DNA from: a virus
Lineage: Duplodnaviria; Caudoviricetes
Virus record (IMG/VR): IMGVR_UViG_3300049171_000049
Coordinates: 1-29,501 of that record
Length of the DNA stretch: 29,501 nucleotides
Strand: one strand, 5' to 3'
A program made the translations under genes and the position numbers. Below are positions 9,488-16,462 of this stretch, one piece after another; position 1 is the stretch's first letter, and the number at the start of each line of letters is the position of its first letter. The notes under the pieces are model-generated. The model saw only the letters and a list, made by a program, of their open reading frames with translations. It was not told the DNA's origin and ran no database searches.

Positions 9488-9700
9488 ATGAAGCCAGACC
9501 TGGATGACGAACGTCGGGCCGCGCTGTGCGAATGGGCGACGGCGAACGGCCTCGATCCGGACAGGATCGACGAGCACATCGAGGTTGTGCGCGGCAAGGA
9601 GATCCGCTACCGGGAGCTAGTCGACGTCCGAGACGGTGCGCCGGTGTGGGAGGACCGTAAGGCTCCGCTGAGCGTGCCGCTCCCCTCGTTGCTGGCGTAG
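9488..9700 (+). CDS. Hypothetical protein (70 aa)
   Basis: ATG 9488 after GGAGGG; MKPDLDDERRAALCEWATANGLDPDRI... Confidence 0.6.
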   Translation: MKPDLDDERRAALCEWATANGLDPDRIDEHIEVVRGKEIRYRELVDVRDGAPVWEDRKAPLSVPLPSLLA

Positions 9701-9701
9701 G

Positions 9702-9881
9702 TCACGCTGCTTCGACCACGTCCCCGCGTTCGACGGCCCGGAGCTCGGCGCACAGCCGCGCGTACTCCTCCCGCTGCACGTCCGTGAGCGGCACCGCAGG
9801 ATGCGACCACAACGCGCGGATCGCCCGGTTCAGGTCGTCAGCAGACCGCACGGAACCACGGGTCACGGAATCGGGGGACAT
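9702..9881 (-). CDS. Small leaderless helical protein divergent from the XRE regulator (not in ORF track)
   Basis: MSPDSVTRGSVRSADDLNRAIRALWSHPAVPLTDVQREEYARLCAELRAVERGDVVEAA (59 aa); TAGGCT -10 element lies 6 nt upstream of the ATG. Confidence 0.7.
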   Translation of the reverse strand: MSPDSVTRGSVRSADDLNRAIRALWSHPAVPLTDVQREEYARLCAELRAVERGDVVEAA

Positions 9882-9996
9882 GGATCAAGCCTACGGGCCA
9901 GCAGTCGTACGGCACATCCGTACCAGACCGCTCACACGAAAACGGTCTCGCCCCTACCCTGGACAGTGCGACCCGTACCAGGAGAGAGGCGAGACC

Positions 9997-11247
9997 ATGC
10001 CATCCGATGCTACCCCGGACCCCTACGCCGACCCACTGAAGTTCGGCCAGCGGGTGCAGATCCTCCGCGAACGCCGCGGAATGACCCAAGCACAACTCGG
10101 CGACCTCGTCGGCATCTCACAGCACACCCTCCGCAAAATCGAGAACGGGCAGCAGAAAGCGCCCGCCCTCGACATGGTGCTGCGCATCGCCGAAGCCCTC
10201 CGGGTACGCGACCTCGCCGACCTCACCGGTCACCCGGAGACACACGTGGACCTCTTCATCGGCCCAGGCCACCCCCGCCTCGGAGCGGTCAAAGCCGCCA
10301 TCGACAACTTCGCCCTCTCCTCGAGCGTCGAACCGCCACCAATTGCACACCTCGAGGCGCGGCTCGCTCGAGCATGGAAGGACCGTCACGCCGCGAAGAA
10401 CCACCGAGAGGCGATCGGCCGGCTCCTGCCTGACCTGATCCGGGACGCGCAGGCACTCGTCCGGGCCGCAGACTCGAGCGCCGTGCGGCGTCGCGCGCAG
10501 GCGCTCCTCGCTGAGACGTACTCGTTGTCGCAGTTCTTCATCGCGTACCAGCCCGACTCGAGCCTGTTGTGGCGCGTCGCCGAGCGGGGCATGGTCGCTG
10601 CGCAGGACTCGAGCGATCCGCACGCGATCGGCGTTGCCGCTTGGCTCCTCGCCCAGGCTCATCGCGACTCCGGCCGACGGCACTTTGACGCCGCCGACGC
10701 CATCAACCGGGAGGCCGTCCGCTTCCTCGAACCGCTGTTGCCCGACGCGAGCGACGACGTCCTCGCCATCGCGGGGGCCCTCGAGTTCGAGCTCGGCTAC
10801 ACCGCCGCCCGCCGCCGTGACACAGGAACGGCGTGGCGGCACTGGGACAAGGCCCGCAAGATGGCCAAGCGGCTCCCCGAGGACTACTACCACCCCGTGA
10901 CGAGCTTCTCCCAGGCCATCATGGGCGCGCATGCCGTCACCGTCGCCGTCGAGTTGCACCAGGGTGGCGAGTCCGTACGGCAGGCTGCTCGAGCCGACGA
11001 AGCCACCATTCGCTCGAGGCCCCGTCGCGCCCGCCACCGCATTGAGGAGGCTCGAGGTTTCCACCTCGACGGCCAGCCGGACGTAGCGATCGCCACGCTC
11101 GAGAAGGCGTACCGCGCCGCCCCGGAGACGATCCGGTACAACGGCTACGCGAGGGCCATCATCCTCGAGGAGGTCGAGTCGACGCAGGCTGCTCGACGTC
11201 GCCGCGCGTCGGAATTGGCGGTGGAGGTCGGCATCCTCGCTGCGTAG
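9997..11247 (+). CDS. XRE-family HTH regulator with long helical (TPR-like) C-terminal domain
   Basis: GGAGAGAGG RBS with ATG at 9997. 'FGQRVQILRERRGMTQAQLGDLVGISQHTLRKIENG' HTH followed by about 330 aa of Ala-rich helical sequence. Confidence 0.85.
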   Translation: MPSDATPDPYADPLKFGQRVQILRERRGMTQAQLGDLVGISQHTLRKIENGQQKAPALDMVLRIAEALRVRDLADLTGHPETHVDLFIGPGHPRLGAVKAAIDNFALSSSVEPPPIAHLEARLARAWKDRHAAKNHREAIGRLLPDLIRDAQALVRAADSSAVRRRAQALLAETYSLSQFFIAYQPDSSLLWRVAERGMVAAQDSSDPHAIGVAAWLLAQAHRDSGRRHFDAADAINREAVRFLEPLLPDASDDVLAIAGALEFELGYTAARRRDTGTAWRHWDKARKMAKRLPEDYYHPVTSFSQAIMGAHAVTVAVELHQGGESVRQAARADEATIRSRPRRARHRIEEARGFHLDGQPDVAIATLEKAYRAAPETIRYNGYARAIILEEVESTQAARRRRASELAVEVGILAA

Positions 11248-11252
11248 GTGTA

Positions 11253-11271
11253 CCGACCGGATTCCGGTCGG
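11253..11271. promoter_or_regulatory. Perfect palindrome, probable operator
   Basis: CCGACCGGA-T-TCCGGTCGG just after the XRE stop and about 20 bp upstream of a TACGGT -10-like element (11292-11297). Confidence 0.55.
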
Positions 11272-11337
11272 CGGTAGGGAACTTGGGCCTCTACGGTCAG
11301 TGGTGTGAGACGGATCACCGCGACCGTGGAGGCTTTC

Positions 11338-11673
11338 GTGGCAGGGGAGACGCGCACCAGCAGCAGCGCTGAGGACAGTGCGCTTACCCTGTTGCCGATC
11401 CCCAGGGGCGCGCGCCTGTCGGCGTTACAGGCCCGTGGTGCGGCCTGTGTCTGGTGCCAGGCCCGGCTCACGATCGAGACGGCGGTCGACCTTGGCGAGC
11501 GACCCGGTCCCGGCGGAGTGACGATCTTCCCCCGTGGCTGCGACTCGTGCGCCCGGACGCTGGCGGCCCGCGTGTACCGGATTCACATCGCGAACTGCCG
11601 GGCCTGCCTCAGCAACAGGTCGTGCGTCGACCGTGCTGCCCTCCGCCACCTCGCGTCCGAGGGCACGCCATGA
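11338..11673 (+). CDS. Cys-rich (CxWC) putative zinc-binding protein containing a TTA codon
   Basis: GGAGG RBS before GTG 11338 (alternative leaderless GTG 11305). CVWC...CDSC...H..NCRAC...C. In-frame TTA at 11425-11427. Confidence 0.7.
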   Translation: MAGETRTSSSAEDSALTLLPIPRGARLSALQARGAACVWCQARLTIETAVDLGERPGPGGVTIFPRGCDSCARTLAARVYRIHIANCRACLSNRSCVDRAALRHLASEGTP

Positions 11674-11873
11674 CGTGGCGGCCTGAGCCTCCGCCGCCTA
11701 CCGAGCTGACGTACGGCCAGTACTCGGGCTGGAACTGCGTCTGGTGCAACGCCTCCCTCAAGGACGGCGGCGCCAGCGCGGGCGTCTCCCGCGGCGATGT
11801 GGGCGCCTGCAACCTCGACACCCAGGTGTACGACTGCGGGCCCCGTTGTCCTGAGCGCCCCTCGCGCCCCTAA
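11670..11873 (+). CDS. Small CxWC Cys-rich protein
   Basis: ATGA overlap; MTWRPEPPPP...GWNCVWCNASL...YDCGPRC (67 aa). Confidence 0.7.
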   Translation: MTWRPEPPPPTELTYGQYSGWNCVWCNASLKDGGASAGVSRGDVGACNLDTQVYDCGPRCPERPSRP

Positions 11874-11876
11874 ACG

Positions 11877-11920
11877 CCCGCCTCGGGCCGCTCACCTTGG
11901 ACGGTCCGGCCCGGGGCGGG
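11877..11920 (+). terminator. Intergenic stem-loop (terminator/attenuator)
   Basis: CCCGCCTCGGGCCG ... CGGCCCGGGGCGGG, 14-bp stem with one G-U. Confidence 0.55.
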
Positions 11921-11954
11921 GCCATCCCCATCCGCATCGAGCGAAGGAGACCCT

Positions 11955-12473
11955 GTGACCATACCTCCGGGCCCCATGGACCCGCCCCCGAACCTGGTCG
12001 TGCCCGCCCTCGCGCGAATGCTCATCACCGATGAGCAGTTCGCCAGTGTTCGCGGCACCGTCATGGACGCCAACCCGGGCATGAGTGAGGAGATGGCCGG
12101 CCGCATCGTCGAGGAGGGCTTGAAGTTCGTCGCGGCCTGCTCCCGGAACCCGGGCGTCGGGCTCGCTCCGTCGCGGATCGTGGACGAGGGCTGGCACGCC
12201 CTGATCCTGCACACCGCCATGTACGCCGACCTGTGTGAGCAGCTCGGCGGCCAGTACGTCCACCACTCCCCGGGCTACGACCCCACCAACTACGACCCGC
12301 CGATCCTCGACCGGACCCGCGAGACGATCGCGGAGCTGGGATGGGAGGCGGATGCGGAGCTGTGGGGGCCGCCGTCCGACGAGACTCTGGCATCGGTGGC
12401 AGCGAAGTGCCAGCACGCCCCGAGCTGCACGATCGTCATCACTCCGAAGCCGAAGAAGCCCGGCGTGGCGTAG
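11955..12473 (+). CDS. GRDP-like (glycine-rich domain-containing protein-like) protein
   Basis: AAGGAG RBS. Family motif 'PSRIVDEGWHALILHTAMYADLC...GGQYVHHSP' and 'LW' near the C-terminus. Confidence 0.7.
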   Translation: MTIPPGPMDPPPNLVVPALARMLITDEQFASVRGTVMDANPGMSEEMAGRIVEEGLKFVAACSRNPGVGLAPSRIVDEGWHALILHTAMYADLCEQLGGQYVHHSPGYDPTNYDPPILDRTRETIAELGWEADAELWGPPSDETLASVAAKCQHAPSCTIVITPKPKKPGVA

Positions 12474-12496
12474 CCTCCCCGGTGAAGGGAGGCGCC

Positions 12497-12625
12497 GTGT
12501 CCGAGTGGATCGACCCGCGCTACGCGGATCTGGTGGCGGCGTGGAAGCGCACGCAGCAGCCCGCATCGCGCGACCCGAAGGAACAGCGGCCTGCCCGGGG
12601 GTTCGTGATCCCGCGCAAGCCCTGA
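12497..12625 (+). CDS. 42-aa small protein
   Basis: GGGAGG RBS, GTG start; MSEWIDPRYADLVAAWKRTQQPASRDPKEQRPARGFVIPRKP. Confidence 0.55.
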   Translation: MSEWIDPRYADLVAAWKRTQQPASRDPKEQRPARGFVIPRKP

Positions 12626-12653
12626 CCTCAGCCAGGCACACAGGCTGAACCCG

Positions 12654-12689
12654 CGGCCCCGGCCAGCGTCTCGCGACGTACCGGGGCCG
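12654..12689. terminator. Stem-loop between convergent genes
   Basis: CGGCCCCGG ... CCGGGGCCG, flanked by TGAAC/GTTCA. Confidence 0.55.
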
Positions 12690-12716
12690 TTCACTTCACG
12701 TTCCGGCGGCGGGCCC

Positions 12717-12950
12717 TCATCGCACGAGGTCGGAGAGTGGAGTGTCGAGGGCGTCGGCGATGCGGAACAGGTTGTCGAGTTTCGGGCTGGCGTGGCCTTG
12801 CTCAATGCGGTTGACGCTCTGCCGGTCCATGCCCGCAAGTTCGGCGAGGCGTTCCTGGGTGAGGTTGGCGTGTAAGCGGGCGTCGCGGATCCGGTCGCCG
12901 ACGATGCGGCGGCGCTGGAGGATCCAGTCGGGGGGTGGGGCGGATGGCAC
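12717..12950 (-). CDS. Small XRE-family HTH regulator containing a TTA codon
   Basis: 'VGDRIRDARLHANLTQERLAELAGMDRQSVNRIEQGHASPKLDNLFRIADAL'. Leu26 is TTA (taa at 12873-12875 on the + strand). Confidence 0.88.
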   Translation of the reverse strand: MPSAPPPDWILQRRRIVGDRIRDARLHANLTQERLAELAGMDRQSVNRIEQGHASPKLDNLFRIADALDTPLSDLVR

Positions 12951-13090
12951 CTGCCAACGCTTGCCCCTAAGTGATCTTGAGTCTGTATCGTAGACCGTAC
13001 ATTTTTCGATCTAGGGCGGGTAGCCGAGCGGTCAGCACCGTCCACTGGTTGACAACTGAACCATCCGTGACATCCACGTAATAGAACGCG

Positions 13091-13293
13091 CTTACCGCTA
13101 CAGCGGCAAGAGCGGACGTCCCGACACGACAAGCACCGGACGTCCGCCCACCAGACCCCCGCCCCGGCGTGGTCGCCGGAAGCCTCTACCCGGGGCGGGT
13201 CGGCCCGTCTCGGAAGCGATCCGGAAGACGTTGACGAGACGGGCTCCACGGGCCCCGTCCGTTCGCCACCCACGGTGGCGGATGGGCGGGGCC
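13091..13293 (+). ncRNA. Candidate structured non-coding RNA (five back-to-back hairpins)
   Basis: Stems at 13091-13110, 13112-13147, 13158-13199, 13203-13244 and 13251-13293. All three mismatches in the last 20-bp stem are G-U on the + strand. No convincing CDS. Confidence 0.4.
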
Positions 13294-13318
13294 TCCCTCA
13301 CGTTCCGGCGGGCCGCCG

Positions 13319-13517
13319 TCTCACACATCTCTCACAGACACGACCCAGTACGACAATCAGACTCGCCTCTGACCGGGCCTTGCCATGCCGTAGACGACAT
13401 GGCAAGACCTCACGGACGACATCGACTGCACAATCACGTAGTGCAATCCCCGGCGAACCTAATGGTCAACGCGACAGGCGAAGATCATCCAGTCGAGATC
13501 TCTCACAATCTCTCACA
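13319..13517. other. Probable attP with integrase arm-type repeats
   Basis: ATCTCTCACA at 13327-13336, 13498-13507 and 13508-13517, plus TCTCACA at 13319-13325. These form two pairs flanking about 160 bp that contains inverted repeats, abutting the integrase 3' end. Confidence 0.7.
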
Positions 13518-14736
13518 CGCCCTCCGCGTCACCCGCCACAGACCGCCGCCGCATCGGCCCGGCCCCGAGAGCGTCCGCAGCCTCCTGAAGATCCTCAGCC
13601 GTGACGTGAACGTACTTCATCTTCGTGAAGTTCGCGTTCGTGTGACCCGCCCACGCCGCCAGCACCACATCAGGCACCTTCGCCTTCAGCGCCAGATACG
13701 ACAAGCACGAGTGCCGCGCGTCGTACAACCGCACCTTCCGCAGCTTGAGTTCGGCCATCAGCTTGTACGCGTGCATCCTCAGGTGCCGCGTCGTCAACGG
13801 GCGCCCCAGCTCGTCCACAAACACGTAGTCCGACGACTCGTACGCCTCACCGGCCGTCAGCTTCTCGGCGTCCTGCACGACCTTCATCGCCGCCAGCGCC
13901 CCGTACGCCAGGCCAGGCAGGGGGAGACCCCGGTTACCCGCCTCAGTCTTCACGCCCTTCTCCACCACCCGAGTGGACTTGCCCTTACGCGCCGTCAGCG
14001 TCCGCGTATCGCCGACCTCCACCGTCCGGGCGTCCAAGTCGACGTGCATCGACCATCGCAAGCCGCACACCTCCGCCGGCCGCAGCCCCATCAGAGACAG
14101 CAGCAGCGGCGCCTCATGCCGGTCGCCCTCGATGCCGGCGACGAACTGCTCGACCTCGGCGAAGTTCCACGGCTTGGCCCGCTTCCTCCCGGCCTGCCGC
14201 TCGGCGTGCCGTGCCGAGCTCGGCATCTCCACGAACGCCGCCACGTTCACGGCCACCACTCTGCGGGCGACCGCGTAATCGAGGGCCTCCTGCAGCCGGT
14301 TGAGGATGCCCTGCACCGTGACGTAGGCCAGGCCAGTGCCCGGCTTGCCGCCGCGCTTGCGCCCCGAGGTGAGGAGGTAGTCGCGGAACTCCTCGACCTG
14401 CTCCTCCGTGAGCTGCTGCACCCTGATGTGGCCGAGCTGCTCGCGGGCACGCGTCACATAGTTGGCGTACGTGTCGACCGTCGTCTCTTCACGGGTCTTG
14501 GCCTTCTTCGCCAGCCAGACATCCAGCCACTCGGACACGGTCACCTTGCTGGGCGCGATGTACGTGCTTGTCGTGATCTGCCCGCGGATGCGGTCGTGTT
14601 CCTCCTGCGCTTCCTTCTTAGTCCTTTTAGTGACGGTGAGTTGCTTACGCCTCCCCGTCTCGTCGCGGCCAACGTCGACCACGAAGCGGTACCGGACGGC
14701 ACCGCTTCGCAGCACGACCTTCTTGATCTCTGCCAC
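13513..14736 (-). CDS. int: Tyrosine integrase
   Basis: N-terminal arm-binding-like region 'YRFVVDVGRDETGRRKQ', then catalytic motifs 'GLRPAEV', 'KTEAG', 'RLYDARH', 'AGH' and 'KYVH'. Confidence 0.95.
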   Translation of the reverse strand: MAEIKKVVLRSGAVRYRFVVDVGRDETGRRKQLTVTKRTKKEAQEEHDRIRGQITTSTYIAPSKVTVSEWLDVWLAKKAKTREETTVDTYANYVTRAREQLGHIRVQQLTEEQVEEFRDYLLTSGRKRGGKPGTGLAYVTVQGILNRLQEALDYAVARRVVAVNVAAFVEMPSSARHAERQAGRKRAKPWNFAEVEQFVAGIEGDRHEAPLLLSLMGLRPAEVCGLRWSMHVDLDARTVEVGDTRTLTARKGKSTRVVEKGVKTEAGNRGLPLPGLAYGALAAMKVVQDAEKLTAGEAYESSDYVFVDELGRPLTTRHLRMHAYKLMAELKLRKVRLYDARHSCLSYLALKAKVPDVVLAAWAGHTNANFTKMKYVHVTAEDLQEAADALGAGPMRRRSVAGDAEGV

Positions 14737-14751
14737 TGTTCTCCTCTCGGT

Positions 14752-15636
14752 TCAGCCACCACCCCCGCCAAGGAGGCACACCCCGACGCTGAGCACAGGC
14801 GCGATTGTGAGGCCGGCGCAGTGGGCTGGGGCTGGGGCGGGTGGCAGCGGCGGCTCGCCTGTTGGTGGCGGCCTGGTGGGCGTTGCGGGTGGCGGTTCGG
14901 GCGTGGTGGGCGAACGGGACTCGTCGCCTGGTGGCGGTGGCTCCTGCGGTGGGTGCGACGGCGGCGGTGTTGCCTGCCCGGAGGGTGGGACGATGGACGC
15001 CTGTGGGCTGGTTGCCGTCGGGCGTGCAGTCGCCGACGCGCTGGGCGTGACGCTTCCGCTCGGTCCTGGCCTGCTCGTCGCTGTCGACGGCGAGGGCGAG
15101 GGGCTGGCGCTGGGCGGCGGCCCGCTGGGCGTTGGGCTTTGGGACGGCGGTTGAGTGTAGCCAGGTGGTGGCGTTGGGGCCGCCGGCGGTGCGGAGGTCG
15201 GCGGCCGGTCGTTCCGGTCATTCCACGGCGAGGCAATCAGGAGGATCACCGCTGCTGCTCCTGCTGCGGCCACTGCCCCTGCGGTGGCGATGAGTTGACC
15301 TCGCTCGGTCCGCCAGGCGTCCCGTACCGTCTGGCCGAGCGTCGCGACAAGTGCCGCGATGCCGCCTCCGAGGAAGAGCCCCAGGTGCCGCTTACTGCGG
15401 ACTGGCTGCATGCCGCCAGGCGACGGTTGGAGCTCTCCTCCGCTTCCGTTGGCGACCTGAGCCGCCTGCTCTCGTTGTTCGGGCACGTCCCGGAGGGCGT
15501 GCAGTATCAGTTCGCTGTTGTGCTCGGCACGCATGTCGCGCAGCTGCCGACTGAGGTCACGCCTCAGCCGCCGGAAGAGCAGCACAACCACGATTATGTT
15601 TGCGCCGAGCCCAGCCGCGAGAACGATCCAGCTCAT
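14752..15636 (-). CDS. Membrane protein with long Pro/Ser/Thr-rich C-terminal region
   Basis: Likely start MSWIVLAAGL at 15636. Three hydrophobic segments, PST-rich stalk and terminal Cys pair; lies between repressor and integrase. Confidence 0.7.
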   Translation of the reverse strand: MSWIVLAAGLGANIIVVVLLFRRLRRDLSRQLRDMRAEHNSELILHALRDVPEQREQAAQVANGSGGELQPSPGGMQPVRSKRHLGLFLGGGIAALVATLGQTVRDAWRTERGQLIATAGAVAAAGAAAVILLIASPWNDRNDRPPTSAPPAAPTPPPGYTQPPSQSPTPSGPPPSASPSPSPSTATSRPGPSGSVTPSASATARPTATSPQASIVPPSGQATPPPSHPPQEPPPPGDESRSPTTPEPPPATPTRPPPTGEPPLPPAPAPAHCAGLTIAPVLSVGVCLLGGGGG

Positions 15637-15776
15637 TCTCGTCCCCTGTGCACGGTGGGTCTCGGTCTCCGCACACGTCGGCGTGTGTGCGGGGTACACA
15701 CAGTGCCTCGCGAGTAGCCCTCAGTCACGAGCGTAAACGTGGATCGTGGCTGAAACGTTACTATCCGGCGCTGCCC

Positions 15777-16295
15777 CTATCCGGTGCGCGGATGCCGCTG
15801 ATCGACAGCGCGAACCGGCGGCGCCGACGCCTGCTCCGGAGTGTCCAACTCGCCTCCCTCCACACGCTCGGCGAGCCGACGCAGCGCGGGGGCGCGGTCT
15901 GTGGCCGGAAGCTCGGCGATCATGTCCATGATGATCCGTTGCCGCTCGGAGGTCAGCCGAGCCAGCGGATCAGGTAGCGCGTCAGATCGCTCCACCTGCT
16001 GAATCTCGATCTCGCGCAGGATCGCAGCCGCGTCCGGTCGGTGCTCGGCGAGCCGCGAGGACGCGACGCCGACGGTATTCGCCATGTGGGCAAGGGTCTT
16101 GGCCGGCGCCTTCGCGAGGTCTGAGGCGCCGGGCTTGCCTTTCCATCCTTTCTCGATCTGCCGCCAGCGGAAGCCTTTGATCCGGATTGGGGTCCGGTCG
16201 GCGGCTTCTTCGGGGCTGAGGCCTCTGGCCTGCCTCGCGAGGCGGATGAGGTCTGCCTCGGGCGGCGGCTTGGGGGTGCCGGGCTCGGGCGCCAT
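15777..16295 (-). CDS. Immunity repressor-like HTH protein
   Basis: 'LIRLARQARGLSPEEAA...WRQIEKG...TLAHMANTVGV', AGGAAGG RBS, divergent from the Cro-like gene. Confidence 0.75.
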   Translation of the reverse strand: MAPEPGTPKPPPEADLIRLARQARGLSPEEAADRTPIRIKGFRWRQIEKGWKGKPGASDLAKAPAKTLAHMANTVGVASSRLAEHRPDAAAILREIEIQQVERSDALPDPLARLTSERQRIIMDMIAELPATDRAPALRRLAERVEGGELDTPEQASAPPVRAVDQRHPRTG

Positions 16296-16462
16296 GATCT
16301 TCCTTCCTACTTCTGTGGACTTTAGTCAACTTCACTCAACTGTCGCAGCTTCCCGCCGACAGCCCAAGCAGAGAACCCCTCCACACAACTCCTTCACAAA
16401 CAGACTGCTACTGACTTCTAATTCAGCCTTGACTCTCTTCTACTTTCCTCTACTCTCTAGGT
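16296..16462. promoter_or_regulatory. Divergent lysis/lysogeny switch promoters
   Basis: AT-richer intergenic region. TTGACT(16429)-16 nt-TACTCT(16451)-6 nt-ATG gives a leaderless promoter for cro; phased xxACT repeats are present. Confidence 0.7.

Noticed and set aside
9784-9996. Upstream extensions of ORF-track starts (9784; also 7643, 8406, 19132, 22096, 22779, 24859, 26787)
   Set aside because: They overlap neighbouring genes; downstream starts have an RBS or stop-start coupling.
11257-11267. CCGGATTCCGG shared with the iteron at 28132-28142, suggesting cross-regulation
   Set aside because: An 11-bp GC-rich palindrome with different flanks; plausibly chance.
9997-12625. Canonical arbitrium or RiPP cluster
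   Set aside because: No signal-peptide-bearing precursor and no recognisable maturase, methyltransferase or transporter.
13082-13097. TAGAACGCGCTTACCG as an actinobacterial LexA box
   Set aside because: Only the left half resembles TCGAAC-N4-GTTCGA; too degenerate.
13091-13500. tRNA or tRNA fragment near attP
   Set aside because: No T-arm GTTCRA motif, cloverleaf or CCA end recognisable.
14800-15210. Low-complexity GGT/GGC repeats
   Set aside because: Explained by the Pro-rich coding on the minus strand.
13231-15717. 828-aa + strand ORF
   Set aside because: Antisense shadow of the integrase and membrane gene; Arg-rich low-information sequence typical of high-GC DNA.
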